IMG/VR virus record: IMGVR_UViG_3300009180_002437
DNA: 64,000 nt
Reading direction: 5' to 3' (one strand)
Source of the DNA: a virus
Taxonomy: Duplodnaviria > Heunggongvirae > Uroviricota > Caudoviricetes
Made by a program: the position numbers and the translations under genes
Shown here: in pieces, positions 7,414-17,461 of the stretch
How the letters are laid out: every line of letters starts with the position of its first letter
Position numbering within the stretch: position 1 is the first letter of the stretch
Notes under the pieces: generated by a model
Databases searched by the model: none
Seen by the model: the letters and a program-made list of their open reading frames with translations, nothing else
Told to the model about the DNA's origin: nothing

Positions 7414-7826
7414 CCCCCTCACTGACCTCTGTAATTAACGGCGGGTATGTTACCACCAGTACCACTGGTCCGGTGTACTACACTGGTGGTGGCATTGTCG
7501 GCGGCGGCGGCTATGCCGGTGGTGCTGGATTTGGCGGTGGTAATACTGCTATAGGCATTGGGTCATGGTCCAGTCAGCCAGCACCAGCCACAATCACTGC
7601 CGGCACACTAGAGCTATCGGGCGATAAAGCTGATATTAAAATCAATGGTGTCAGTCTAAATGACACTTTAACAGCTATACAAAAAAAATTAGATGTATTA
7701 ACCGTCAATCCTAAATTAGAAAATGAATGGGACAAGCTCAAGGAATTGGGTGAACAATATCGCAAGCTGGAAGCCGAACTTGCAGAAAAATCTCGTATGT
7801 GGGCAGCTTTAAAAAAGACTGAGTGA
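7362..7826 (+). CDS. Gly-rich / coiled-coil protein (start uncertain)
   Basis: The frame is open from 7338; the in-frame ATG at 7362 is preceded by GGGAAA. It has a GGGYAGGAGFGGG tract and a C-terminal coiled coil. It overlaps the previous ORF by about 50 nt. Confidence 0.35.
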   Translation: MAANKATNDPNNTTATVAPSLTSVINGGYVTTSTTGPVYYTGGGIVGGGGYAGGAGFGGGNTAIGIGSWSSQPAPATITAGTLELSGDKADIKINGVSLNDTLTAIQKKLDVLTVNPKLENEWDKLKELGEQYRKLEAELAEKSRMWAALKKTE

Positions 7827-8392
7827 TGAAAATTAAATATTTTTCATTACTGGTCTTGTTGGGATTGGGCGGGTGTTTAACTACACCCGTTCTAGACTCT
7901 ACACTAACATCGGTTGACTATGAATTAATGGATGCATTGATCTATGAAAGAACACCAACTCCATTGGTTAAAACTCCACTATTTTCTCCCAAGGACATTG
8001 AATGTCTGGCCCGGAATATATATTACGAATCAGGAGCAGAGCCACTTGAAGGCAAAGTTGCTGTGGCTGTGGTAACCATCAATCGCTCGAAAGATGAGAG
8101 ATTTGGTTCAAAAACGCTATGCGGCATTATATACACAAGAACAAATATAGGCAAGGGTGTGATAGTTTGCCAGTTTAGCTGGACCTGTGGTACTAAAATT
8201 CCAATTAAAAAAGATAGTGAGCATTGGCGGTTATCCAAGGAAGTTGCTGAGAACATAGCTCGTGGCGATTACAGTGAGTACTCGTACAAATATCGAAAAG
8301 CCCTATTCTTTCACGCTGTATCAGTCAAGCCATCATGGGCTTATGTCAAGCGTGTAGTAGCCCGTATCGGCGGCCATGTATTTTATGAATAG
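7823..8392 (+). CDS. SleB-family cell-wall hydrolase, lipoprotein
   Basis: Lipobox LGLGGC. Hydrolase_2/SleB signature ARNIYYESGAEPLEGKVAVAVVTINRSKDERF...CQFSWTCG. Confidence 0.55.
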   Translation: MMKIKYFSLLVLLGLGGCLTTPVLDSTLTSVDYELMDALIYERTPTPLVKTPLFSPKDIECLARNIYYESGAEPLEGKVAVAVVTINRSKDERFGSKTLCGIIYTRTNIGKGVIVCQFSWTCGTKIPIKKDSEHWRLSKEVAENIARGDYSEYSYKYRKALFFHAVSVKPSWAYVKRVVARIGGHVFYE

Positions 8393-8393
8393 C

Positions 8394-8422
8394 TTGACAA
8401 TTAAATCCGCTGTTACTATAAT
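8394..8422 (+). promoter_or_regulatory. perfect consensus sigma70 promoter TTGACA-17-TATAAT; the downstream ATG sits at the predicted +1 (leaderless)
   Basis: TTGACA at 8394-8399 and TATAAT at 8417-8422. The ATG at 8429 lies only 6 nt after the -10 element. Confidence 0.6.
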
Positions 8423-8428
8423 AGCTTT

Positions 8429-8821
8429 ATGACAATGCATCTACTCCCCCCGCTGTATTCGACCACAGGCAAAAAGAAAGGTCGCTATAAATTCGCATCT
8501 GCTGAGCAAAAACAGCAAGCTGAAGCTAATAAGGAAGAGTGGCAGCGTAAACTAAATGAATTTAATCGACTATCACCCTCTGTAAGGACGTCAAAGAGCC
8601 CTATGCCCACACTAAGCAAATCGCTACCCCGTATTCCCACCAGCCGTCAAACAGCTCACATTGAGTCCCTAGTAACCACCTGGGGTCCTTGCCTTAAGGT
8701 AGAAGATATGCAGTACACTGGCAACAAAATTAAGGGCATTGGCACAATGCATAAATCAAATGCGGTGCCGGTATTCAGTGACGAAGAAGCTGTTGAAATT
8801 TCACAAATGCGGAGAGGCTAA
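8429..8821 (+). CDS. hypothetical basic protein (possibly translated from a leaderless mRNA)
   Basis: A 130-aa ORF with no Shine-Dalgarno site. Its start codon abuts the promoter -10 element. Confidence 0.4.
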   Translation: MTMHLLPPLYSTTGKKKGRYKFASAEQKQQAEANKEEWQRKLNEFNRLSPSVRTSKSPMPTLSKSLPRIPTSRQTAHIESLVTTWGPCLKVEDMQYTGNKIKGIGTMHKSNAVPVFSDEEAVEISQMRRG

Positions 8822-8822
8822 G

Positions 8823-9272
8823 ATGAGCGTAACAGATAATACAACCGATTTATTTACAACTTTATTTGATTTTGATTCGACCAGTGAGCTTTTGAAGACT
8901 AAACCAACTGCACCTCGCCCAACATGTGTAAATCATGGATGTAGTAAGCCAGTTGCATCGGATGGTAAGCGTTGGCGTATTCATTGCGGACATTGCCAAG
9001 GTGCAAGTTACGGAAGAAACCCTCACGCAGCCGGAGTTACCCCATTAAAAACAGGTATTTGTTCAAATATTGATGGACATTTAGGATTTCCCTGTGTGAT
9101 AGACTGGAAAAAAGTTCCAGAATTTGCTAAAGGCATGACTGAAATTGACCATATTGACGGCAATCATTTGAATAATTCTATTAGCAACCTTAAAGAACTA
9201 TGTCCCATTTGTCATAAACTTAAAGGACAACGAGCCGGCGATTTTAAACGCGGTAGATACACACATAAATAA
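8823..9272 (+). CDS. HNH endonuclease
   Basis: HNH motif HIDGNHLNNSISNLKELCPICH plus upstream Cys/His pairs. Shine-Dalgarno site GGAGAGG. Confidence 0.65.
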   Translation: MSVTDNTTDLFTTLFDFDSTSELLKTKPTAPRPTCVNHGCSKPVASDGKRWRIHCGHCQGASYGRNPHAAGVTPLKTGICSNIDGHLGFPCVIDWKKVPEFAKGMTEIDHIDGNHLNNSISNLKELCPICHKLKGQRAGDFKRGRYTHK

Positions 9273-9301
9273 CTGCTCATAACAGGAGATAATAAAACAA
9301 A

Positions 9302-9523
9302 TTGAGTAAATCAGATGATGTAATTAAAATGGAGGGTGTAATCACCGAAGTATTACGAAACACGAATTATCGTGTTAAAATTGAAAACATTGAAAATCCC
9401 ATTCTCGCTACACTAAGCGGGAGAATACGCCAAAATAATATCAAAGTACTTACAGGCGACAGAGTACAGTTAGATATATCACCCTACGACCTATCTCGTG
9501 GTAGAATTACACGTAGGCTATGA
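9302..9523 (+). CDS. infA: translation initiation factor IF-1 homolog (S1-like OB fold)
   Basis: The 73-aa product aligns along its length with bacterial IF-1 (GVITEVLRNTNYRVKIENIENPILATLSGRIRQNNIKVLTGDRVQLDISPYDLSRGRITRR). It uses a TTG start, with AGGAG upstream. Confidence 0.7.
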   Translation: MSKSDDVIKMEGVITEVLRNTNYRVKIENIENPILATLSGRIRQNNIKVLTGDRVQLDISPYDLSRGRITRRL

Positions 9524-10083
9524 TTTTAATAAATACCTACATGAGAGATTTATTAAACTTAGTGGAAGCAGCAACCGTTTCAGCTAAACTGGAAACTACC
9601 CCACTACCCTACGCACATAAAGATCTGGCTCCCATAATGAGCGCAGACACAATAGAATACCACTACGAGCACCTGGCTAAAGGCTACGCTAAAAAGTACA
9701 ATGCCGGCGAAGGTGATGCCGATTTCAACCGTGCTGGCAGCTTCTTACACAACAAATTCTTTCCCCAATTGCAAGCACCAAAAGGTGCCAACCGTCCCAA
9801 GGGTGCGGTGCTAGAACTCATTGAAGCTAACTTCAAAACTTACGAAGATTTCAAGGTAGCGTTCAAAGAAGCTGCCATGAAGATTCAGGGATCGGGTTGG
9901 GTTTATCTCAGCACAGGTGGAACTATTAAAACCATACGAAATCATCAGGTTCGTACCGATATTTGTGTACTGGTTGACTGGTGGGAACATTCATGGTCGA
10001 CGGATTACAAGTGGGATAAAGAAAAGTATCTAGATAATATCTGGAAAATTATCAACTGGAACGTATGTTCGGAGAGAATATGA
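9520..10083 (+). CDS. sodB: Fe/Mn superoxide dismutase-like protein
   Basis: [21 protein letters not shown] aligns with the SodB N-terminus, the GSGWVYL block is present, and D-WWEH matches the Asp/His metal-ligand motif D-xWEHAYY. His residues sit at the ligand positions. Confidence 0.65.
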   Translation: MILINTYMRDLLNLVEAATVSAKLETTPLPYAHKDLAPIMSADTIEYHYEHLAKGYAKKYNAGEGDADFNRAGSFLHNKFFPQLQAPKGANRPKGAVLELIEANFKTYEDFKVAFKEAAMKIQGSGWVYLSTGGTIKTIRNHQVRTDICVLVDWWEHSWSTDYKWDKEKYLDNIWKIINWNVCSERI

Positions 10084-10406
10084 TCACACTAACTGAAAAC
10101 GCCGCGATTAAAATTAAAGATTTATTAGCAGAAGAAAACAATCCCAAGCTAAAACTTCGTGTATTCGTTCAGGGCGGCGGATGCAGTGGAATGCAGACAG
10201 GCTTTACCATGGATGAAGAACAAGCTGACGATGACTGGGAGGTCGAAGTCAATGGCGTTCATTTGTTAGTAGATAGTATGAGTAGTAATTATTTAAAAGG
10301 TTCAACCGTGGATTATCGCGATGATATCAATGGATCTGCCTTTGTTATCACTGGCATGGAAGCCACAACGACATGTGGCTGTGGTAGTAGTTTTTCACCA
10401 TATTAA
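10080..10406 (+). CDS. erpA: A-type Fe-S cluster carrier (IscA/ErpA/HesB family)
   Basis: [24 protein letters not shown] ... C-terminal TCGCGSSF, matching ErpA end to end. ATGA overlap with the SOD-like gene. Confidence 0.75.
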   Translation: MITLTENAAIKIKDLLAEENNPKLKLRVFVQGGGCSGMQTGFTMDEEQADDDWEVEVNGVHLLVDSMSSNYLKGSTVDYRDDINGSAFVITGMEATTTCGCGSSFSPY

Positions 10407-10463
10407 GCCCCGAATGACATAGACATTACTTTAGCTAAATAATAAGAGCTAAAGAGGACGGAT

Positions 10464-11885
10464 ATGTCGCAACAAATTATTAATGTAGGTACGGCGCCCA
10501 ACGATGGTTTGGGAACTCCAATACGTACTGCTTTTCAGTACACAAATAATAACTTCACGCAACTGTTTTCGTTGCCGAATCCTACACCCCCAACTACCCT
10601 AGTGGGCAAAGCGGGCGATGTCCCGGGTATGTATGCATACAGCGCGGCATATTTTTACTACTGTTTTGGAACTTATGATGGTTCCACTGTTATTTGGGCA
10701 CAGATTGCCCAGGGTAATACCTCAATCTCAAATATCGTTAATGGCACTAGTAATGTAAGAATCGGTAGTGCCAATGCCAATGTAACCGTGGGAGTAAACG
10801 GTACAGCAAATATTGCAGTTTTCAGTAATACTGGAGTATCAGTAACTGGTAATATTAGAACCTCTGGACAAATAACAGCCACTGGTAATGTATATGGTAA
10901 TGCCATTGTCGGCACTTACTTGTACGGAGATGGCAGCAATATTAGTAACATATCAGGTGGCGGGAATTACAGTAATACCAATGCAGCAGCATATCTACAG
11001 GTACTAACTTCAAATGTATCAACAACTGGCAACATAACCGGAAGTTATATTTTAGGCAATGGTAGAAATTTAACTGGATTACCGTTAACCTATGGCAATG
11101 CTAACGTTGCTAACTTTTTACCAGTATTTACTGGTAACATATTATCAAGTAATATGACCGCTACTGGAAACGTGCATGCCGGAAATATTAAAACGGTGGG
11201 AATAGTTTCAGCAACAGGAAACATCACTACTGACGGATATTTTATTGGCAATTTCGTTGGGAACATATCAGGTAACTTAGTAGTGCCTGGATCGAATACT
11301 CAAGTACTTTATAATGATAATGGAAATGCTGGAGCAAGCGCCGGGTTAATATTTAACTCTGCATCAAACATTTTATCAGTAACGGGAAATGTGTATGGCA
11401 ATTATTTTCTTGGTAACGGTAGTCAATTAACAGGGTTACCAGTTACGTATGGCAATGCCAATGTGGCTGCTTATCTACCAACTTATACCGGCAACATAAC
11501 AGCAGGTAATATCAGTACCACTGGAAATATAACAGCTAGCTATATTTTAGGTAATGGTAGTCAATTAACTGGCATCGCCGCCACCGGCATAAATGCAAAC
11601 GCACTAACTGGATCTACCTTATCAAGCAATGTTACTACCAGCAGCTTGACTTCTGTTGGTACTTTGGCAAATTTAAGTGTAACCGGCAATGTAGTGGCAT
11701 CTGGGGTAGTGACTTCTACCGGCACATTTAGATTGCCTAGTTATACTACCGCACAAATTGCCAACATATCAGCGGTAGAAGGAGATATGGTTTATAATTC
11801 AACTGTACAACAAATACAAGCATATCAAGCAAATGCCACAGGTAACGTAACATGGGTAAGTTTAAGTGTGTCTACTTACCAGTAA
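10464..11885 (+). CDS. tail fibre protein built of Phage_fiber_2-like repeats
   Basis: Many copies of a repeat about 30 aa long: ...TGN[IV]...YILGNGSQLTGLP.TYGNANVA.YLP.YTGNI. Confidence 0.6.
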   Translation: MSQQIINVGTAPNDGLGTPIRTAFQYTNNNFTQLFSLPNPTPPTTLVGKAGDVPGMYAYSAAYFYYCFGTYDGSTVIWAQIAQGNTSISNIVNGTSNVRIGSANANVTVGVNGTANIAVFSNTGVSVTGNIRTSGQITATGNVYGNAIVGTYLYGDGSNISNISGGGNYSNTNAAAYLQVLTSNVSTTGNITGSYILGNGRNLTGLPLTYGNANVANFLPVFTGNILSSNMTATGNVHAGNIKTVGIVSATGNITTDGYFIGNFVGNISGNLVVPGSNTQVLYNDNGNAGASAGLIFNSASNILSVTGNVYGNYFLGNGSQLTGLPVTYGNANVAAYLPTYTGNITAGNISTTGNITASYILGNGSQLTGIAATGINANALTGSTLSSNVTTSSLTSVGTLANLSVTGNVVASGVVTSTGTFRLPSYTTAQIANISAVEGDMVYNSTVQQIQAYQANATGNVTWVSLSVSTYQ

Positions 11886-11896
11886 TGGAGTAACTT

Positions 11897-14638
11897 ATGA
11901 CAGCACAGCCTATTTGGATTACTCCCCCTGGTAGTTTAGGTACTGTACCAGAAGGTGCTTACTACGAAGTACCACTGCGTGTTACCGATACGTTTACCAC
12001 TGACCTCATAGGTATCGTGGGTAGTGGATCTTCAGTCACAGCTACATTTTATACTCAGACAGTATCCATGTTCCAACCTGGTGATACTGTTGTGGTCACT
12101 GGAGTTAACCCGTCATCTTATAACGGTAGCTTTATAGTAACCAAATGTACCACTACACAAATTACATATACGAGTTCGGCTACCGGTACTTGGATCGGTG
12201 GCGGTACTATCACTTCCGTGCCATCGACTGTATATTTTGAATCTATTGCTGGCGCATTACCCGATGGTATTGAATGCACGACATCTGGCGTACTACAGGG
12301 TACTCCTACCAATGTGGTTACAGTGGCAGATGAAGCATTGGTAGTGGGAGTCAATGTTACCAGTAAATTTGCTATTAGGGCCTATACAACCAAAACAGTT
12401 GGTGGCATTACTGTCATTAATAGATTAGCCGATAGAACATTTACTATAACGGTCGCTGGGCAAAATCTACCCAGTTGGATCACACCTGCGGGCGAACTTA
12501 GTCAGCTATGGGTAGGTGAATTGTTGTCCCCAGGTATACAATTAGATTATACTACTGATAATACAACTGGAATTCCGCCGGCTATCAGCTTGTATTCGGG
12601 GAGTTTGCCCCCGGGAATTACAGTTAGTGATACTGGCTTAATTTCTGGATTTGTTGGCTTAAATCCAACAACATCTGCTCAACCTGGATTCAGTGTTAAC
12701 GGTCAAGGATTTAGTACATACCCATTTGATTTTGATATAGAAGCACAAAATTCCACATATACATTTACACTACAGGTTACTGATGGTCGAATATCTGCAT
12801 TACGAGAATTTAGCCTATTCGTATGGAGTACTGAGGCATTTACTGCTGACACTACCTTGATCACAGCTGATAACACCTATCTAACAGCCAGCATATCCAG
12901 TGTTAATACCCCAGTGATAACAAACCCTCAGGGATCTATTGGCACCACATACAGCAATACATATTTTGCTTACCAATTTGTGGGGAAGAATATTACCGGA
13001 GACACTATAGGGTATACTGGTGCTTCGTTACCCACAGGGTTAACACTTAATTCAACAACTGGATGGTTAACCGGATACTTACCTACAATTGGGCTATTCG
13101 AATCTACTTTTGATTTTACAGTAACCGCATACCTAACCAACTCGCCATCAGTGACTAGTGATCCATATGATTTTAGCCTGACAGTTGAAGGACCTATATT
13201 CTCCAATGTGACCTGGCTCACACCCTCCAACTTGGGCACCATTGCCAATGGGTCCACCAGTATATTTTATGTTGAGGCGACCAATACTACTAACACAAAT
13301 TTACAGTATCAATTAGTATCAGGATCAGATTCAAAATTACCGCAGGGATTAACTCTATTGCCATCAGGTAATATTGCTGGGCGTGTAAGTTTTAATGCAT
13401 ACCCCACCCCCGCTCAGTATGGTAGCACAGTATACACCTTTACAGTAAACGCTTACAGTACTAATGGATTTATCAGTGTTAATAAAACGTTCTCCATCAC
13501 GGTGGAGCGTGTCTACGAGACACCTTATCAAAACTTGTATATCCAATGTATGCCGCCGGTTGATGATCGAGAATTGATTGCTAGTTTACTGCAAAATTCT
13601 ACTATCTTTACTCCGTCACTACTATATCGTCCCGATGATACTAACTTTGGATTGAGTCGCAATGTCGTGTATCATCATGCATATGGATTAAATGCTGCCA
13701 GCGTGGATACCTATGTATCCTCACTTCAACTTAACCACTACTGGAAGAATTTACTCTTGGGAGAAATTAAAACAGCACAAGCTGTCGACCCTTTAACAGG
13801 TAATGTAGTGTACGAAGTAGTATATTCGGAAATCATAGATAGCTTAGTCAACAATGACAATCTAAGTGTTGGCAAAGAAGTGGTGCTGGCCTATCCAATA
13901 GAAGAGCAAACAATTGATGTAGTGTACCCTAATTCGCTTGATAACATGAGAGATCAGGTAATTGACGTAGTGGGACAGGAGAGTGACCTGTTACCGTTAT
14001 GGATGCAGAGTTCCCAAGCAGATGGTAAAGTTTTAGGGTTTATCCCAGCATGGGTAATTGCATATACAATACCAGGGGCGTCGGGGCAGATACAATACAA
14101 TATACAGACACAGTTTGGAATCCAATTAAATCTAGTGGATTTTGTAGCCGATCGGTATGAGCTTGATAACGCTCTTACAGTTAACTGGGATGGCAACACA
14201 CAAAGTTGGGTACCAAGCCCACCGGAGACGACATCATTTGACATCAATTACCACTATAATGTCACTATAGGCACAGCAGGCAATGTATACCTAGCGGGTG
14301 ATCAAATTAAGATCTTAGGCTCGTCACTGGGCGGGGTAACTCCTGCTAATGATTTACTCATAACGGTCAATACTGTAAATACCAATGGTGCCATCCTTGA
14401 TGCATTCTATTATGGTACTGCCAATAGCGCAGCGGCTGGTAATTCCTATGATAACTTAGCCGGGGTAAATGTAGTTGGTCCAGGCACTGGGGCCACTTGG
14501 GATATTACTGTAGTACCAGGAGTCGAAACTGTATTTGACGGGGGAAGCGTTACCTTTATTGCTCCAGCAGATACAGATACCAGCTCCACTGCTAACGACA
14601 AATACTTGTTGTATCCCAAATACAATATATTAGTTTAA
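11897..14638 (+). CDS. large virion structural protein (tail fibre or baseplate; repeated Ig-like 'ITP[PA]G.LG' modules)
   Basis: A 913-aa protein, Thr/Ser/Gly-rich and beta-rich, with repeated WITPPGSLGTV / WITPAGELSQLW / WLTPSNLGTI module starts. Confidence 0.5.
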   Translation: MTAQPIWITPPGSLGTVPEGAYYEVPLRVTDTFTTDLIGIVGSGSSVTATFYTQTVSMFQPGDTVVVTGVNPSSYNGSFIVTKCTTTQITYTSSATGTWIGGGTITSVPSTVYFESIAGALPDGIECTTSGVLQGTPTNVVTVADEALVVGVNVTSKFAIRAYTTKTVGGITVINRLADRTFTITVAGQNLPSWITPAGELSQLWVGELLSPGIQLDYTTDNTTGIPPAISLYSGSLPPGITVSDTGLISGFVGLNPTTSAQPGFSVNGQGFSTYPFDFDIEAQNSTYTFTLQVTDGRISALREFSLFVWSTEAFTADTTLITADNTYLTASISSVNTPVITNPQGSIGTTYSNTYFAYQFVGKNITGDTIGYTGASLPTGLTLNSTTGWLTGYLPTIGLFESTFDFTVTAYLTNSPSVTSDPYDFSLTVEGPIFSNVTWLTPSNLGTIANGSTSIFYVEATNTTNTNLQYQLVSGSDSKLPQGLTLLPSGNIAGRVSFNAYPTPAQYGSTVYTFTVNAYSTNGFISVNKTFSITVERVYETPYQNLYIQCMPPVDDRELIASLLQNSTIFTPSLLYRPDDTNFGLSRNVVYHHAYGLNAASVDTYVSSLQLNHYWKNLLLGEIKTAQAVDPLTGNVVYEVVYSEIIDSLVNNDNLSVGKEVVLAYPIEEQTIDVVYPNSLDNMRDQVIDVVGQESDLLPLWMQSSQADGKVLGFIPAWVIAYTIPGASGQIQYNIQTQFGIQLNLVDFVADRYELDNALTVNWDGNTQSWVPSPPETTSFDINYHYNVTIGTAGNVYLAGDQIKILGSSLGGVTPANDLLITVNTVNTNGAILDAFYYGTANSAAAGNSYDNLAGVNVVGPGTGATWDITVVPGVETVFDGGSVTFIAPADTDTSSTANDKYLLYPKYNILV

Positions 14639-14683
14639 CAATCAAATACGCTAAATAATAGAAACAATTAAGGAATACAGAAC

Positions 14684-15586
14684 ATGACCAGTGCAATAAA
14701 TCCAAACAACATCAATGGCGCTTACCCAGTAGCGGGCCAAGATAATAATTCACAGGGGTTTCGTACTAATTTTACAAATACTTCGACCAACTTCCAGTAT
14801 GCAGCACAAGAAATCACAGACTTACAGGGCAAAGTCGTGGTAAATGCACAGTTATCTGGCGGCGCGAACTTGTCAGTTCAAAACAACATGTTAAACTCTC
14901 CACTAACCAATGCGTTGGTAGCTGATTTTGCCTACACCACCGTTGGCCTTGGTAGTGTAAGCGGATCGTTTACTGTAAATTATGCAGTGGGTCATTATCA
15001 AACAGCCACACTAGCTGGCAGTGCAAGTGTAGCATTTACCAACTGGCCTATCTCCGGACAGACAGGTGTGGTAACTTTGCAGGTTACCGTACCAAATACA
15101 GCATATACCCTGACACTACCCACGGCAGTCAGTCAAAATATTAACGGGATACAGGGTCTTGTGTATCCAGCAGGTGCTAGCCCAGTGATTCAATTTGCCG
15201 CGACCGGAGTTTATACTTTTGTATTCTCTACTAGCACAAATGGATCTACTATTATCATTAATCAAAACAATGAAATACTGACCCCACTAAACAGCTCTAA
15301 AGAATCTGTAACAAGTGCCGCTGCTGCTAGCCTAGCAACAACTACCTCATTCTTTACCACAGCAGGAACCGCCACGCTGGCCAACGGAGTCGAGGGTCAG
15401 ATCAAAGTGTTCACGCAAACTGCATCAGCCTCCATGGTTATTACGGTGGCCAGTGCCGGTTGGAACTCAGCAACATCGGGAACTTCTGGTACTATTACGC
15501 TGGCAGCTAGAGGTGCTGGATGCACCCTACAGTATACCAATTCGGTTTGGTACTGTATTGGTAATAACGGCGCTACGTTTGGTTAA
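14684..15586 (+). CDS. hypothetical virion-associated protein
   Basis: A 300-aa protein, Thr/Ser/Ala-rich with beta-type composition, adjacent to the tail genes. Confidence 0.35.
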   Translation: MTSAINPNNINGAYPVAGQDNNSQGFRTNFTNTSTNFQYAAQEITDLQGKVVVNAQLSGGANLSVQNNMLNSPLTNALVADFAYTTVGLGSVSGSFTVNYAVGHYQTATLAGSASVAFTNWPISGQTGVVTLQVTVPNTAYTLTLPTAVSQNINGIQGLVYPAGASPVIQFAATGVYTFVFSTSTNGSTIIINQNNEILTPLNSSKESVTSAAAASLATTTSFFTTAGTATLANGVEGQIKVFTQTASASMVITVASAGWNSATSGTSGTITLAARGAGCTLQYTNSVWYCIGNNGATFG

Positions 15587-15596
15587 TCAAAACTGT

Positions 15597-15624
15597 TGAT
15601 TTACTACCGTCATTCCTGTACAAT
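15597..15624 (+). promoter_or_regulatory. sigma70-type promoter TTGATT-16-TACAAT; the ATG is 7 nt downstream (leaderless)
   Basis: TTGATT at 15597-15602, TACAAT at 15619-15624, ATG at 15632. Confidence 0.5.
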
Positions 15625-15631
15625 TTAATGT

Positions 15632-15856
15632 ATGGAACATCCACTTATCCCCAGCATCGATAACCTTACCACTGAAGAACTATTGGATAAGGTTAACGAA
15701 CTAAACAAAAAACTTGGCATAGCGCATCGTTTGGGTAATTACCATTTATGCACCCAAATTCGCATGGCCATAGAAACTTACCAAAACAAATATACAGACA
15801 AACTACGTGCTAGTCAGTCTGGTAAAGACACCGATGGAATCATTGATATATCATGA
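15632..15856 (+). CDS. hypothetical protein
   Basis: A 74-aa ORF with no Shine-Dalgarno site, abutting the promoter. Confidence 0.35.
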   Translation: MEHPLIPSIDNLTTEELLDKVNELNKKLGIAHRLGNYHLCTQIRMAIETYQNKYTDKLRASQSGKDTDGIIDIS

Positions 15857-16458
15857 ACGTTAGAATAGTTTGCCCCTTGAGTTTTATCGCCGGTATACAC
15901 TATAACGGTGAATTACAAATGAATAGTTATACTGTTAAGTTATTCATTTTAACCAATAGTTTAGATGGAACTATCAATAACATTGCACTTGATAGAATAA
16001 AATACTTTGTCTATCGAGAAATGGATAGTACTATTTTTATCAACAGCAAAGAAGAAGATCAGTGTCGATTATATCTTGACGCTAACATCAAAATTACCAC
16101 CATACCCGAAGAACCTATTGATCAACTGGTGGGTATAATGCTGTTTAATAAACTGACTGCCATTGTTGAAGATAGACTTATTATTGATGAAATAGAAATA
16201 AGTTCTGGTCTTGGCGACGGTATAATTTACATGCATAGTCAAGAAGAAAATGTAGATGATTTACCCATACCCGATTGGTGGGCAACTTCTGACCTAGCAC
16301 ATTGTGATGCTAAATTCCTTGACGCTGATGAATATATTACTCTAGCCAATGTAACTATATGGCGAGATTTAGAGTTGCAATGGCCCGACGAAGCTGAACC
16401 CGAAGTTGGAAATACTGTTGTATTTGCGGATTTTAAATTACTAGATGAAAAAGAATAA
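15853..16458 (+). CDS. hypothetical acidic protein
   Basis: A 201-aa ORF. Confidence 0.35.
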   Translation: MNVRIVCPLSFIAGIHYNGELQMNSYTVKLFILTNSLDGTINNIALDRIKYFVYREMDSTIFINSKEEDQCRLYLDANIKITTIPEEPIDQLVGIMLFNKLTAIVEDRLIIDEIEISSGLGDGIIYMHSQEENVDDLPIPDWWATSDLAHCDAKFLDADEYITLANVTIWRDLELQWPDEAEPEVGNTVVFADFKLLDEKE

Positions 16459-16969
16459 TTACGGGGAAATGATTTTTAATGAGAATGATGTCCTTGATCA
16501 ATTGATGAAGGGGCGTGCCGTTGATTCATTGAAAGGTATGCTGGTGGATGAAACTGTTGATATCGAACAGATAGTATATTTTGTGGATCACTTTCCAACT
16601 ACGTTTATGCCATACAAATTTACTCCTGATCAAGTTGTCTCGGTGCCCGCATGGGATGCCGCTCAACAGAAGACCTGGCATATGCCCCAGCAGTATCAGG
16701 ATATGGACATAGCAGAATACGTGTTAAGTTTATGTGTTGATGATGCCGAACTACAAAGGTGTGGGGAAGAGCTATTGCTGTACCAACAGCACAACCTATT
16801 TAATCTACTGAAATATTTAAAATATTTGGTGGATGTAATGAAAGAGAACCACGTAATTTGGGGTGTCGGGCGAGGCAGTAGTGTGGCCAGCTTTGTACTG
16901 TATAAATTAGGCGTACACCGTATAAACAGTATGTACTATAATTTATCCATCACCGAATTTTTACGTTAA
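16445..16969 (+). CDS. hypothetical protein with a DnaE-like GRGS..AS.V.Y.LG...FL motif
   Basis: WGVGRGSSVASFVLYKLGVHRINSMYYNLSITEFLR resembles the DnaE/PolC segment GPGRGSAAGSLVAY.LGIT...FERFLN. Confidence 0.3.
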   Translation: MKKNNYGEMIFNENDVLDQLMKGRAVDSLKGMLVDETVDIEQIVYFVDHFPTTFMPYKFTPDQVVSVPAWDAAQQKTWHMPQQYQDMDIAEYVLSLCVDDAELQRCGEELLLYQQHNLFNLLKYLKYLVDVMKENHVIWGVGRGSSVASFVLYKLGVHRINSMYYNLSITEFLR

Positions 16970-16993
16970 ATATAATGAATTCAGGAGAATATC

Positions 16994-17461
16994 ATGACAA
17001 CAAAAGTCTATAAAACCGCAAAAGGTAAACCAGTAGACCTTGGAGCATTACGTTTACAAAACGAAAATGTTCGAGCAGTTGGTAATATGAATGTAAATGC
17101 CCGTGGGGATAGGATCGACGCTGATGGCAACGTAATTGACCCTCGTAATCAACAGATTCAACGACGAATACAACGACAAACTAATGTGGCCAGCGGACCG
17201 GTACACTCAAGCTCACGTGCTCAACAAGCGGAACAGGTAGCAGCAGAAAATCCAGTGATGCCCACACGACCAGTAGCACCGGCTGCGGATCCACTCCCTA
17301 TTCCAGCGGCTCCTCCGGTTGCAACTAGGGAAACAATCGTTACCCAAGATAATGCATTTGCCGCGGCAATGGGACGTACCAAGACAGTTACACAGACGTT
17401 AGAATTAACCGAACGTCAGAAATTAGAAAATCAAATAGCGCAAGCAAAAAAGGGAAAATGA
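16994..17461 (+). CDS. hypothetical protein
   Basis: A 155-aa ORF. Shine-Dalgarno site caggag. Confidence 0.35.
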   Translation: MTTKVYKTAKGKPVDLGALRLQNENVRAVGNMNVNARGDRIDADGNVIDPRNQQIQRRIQRQTNVASGPVHSSSRAQQAEQVAAENPVMPTRPVAPAADPLPIPAAPPVATRETIVTQDNAFAAAMGRTKTVTQTLELTERQKLENQIAQAKKGK

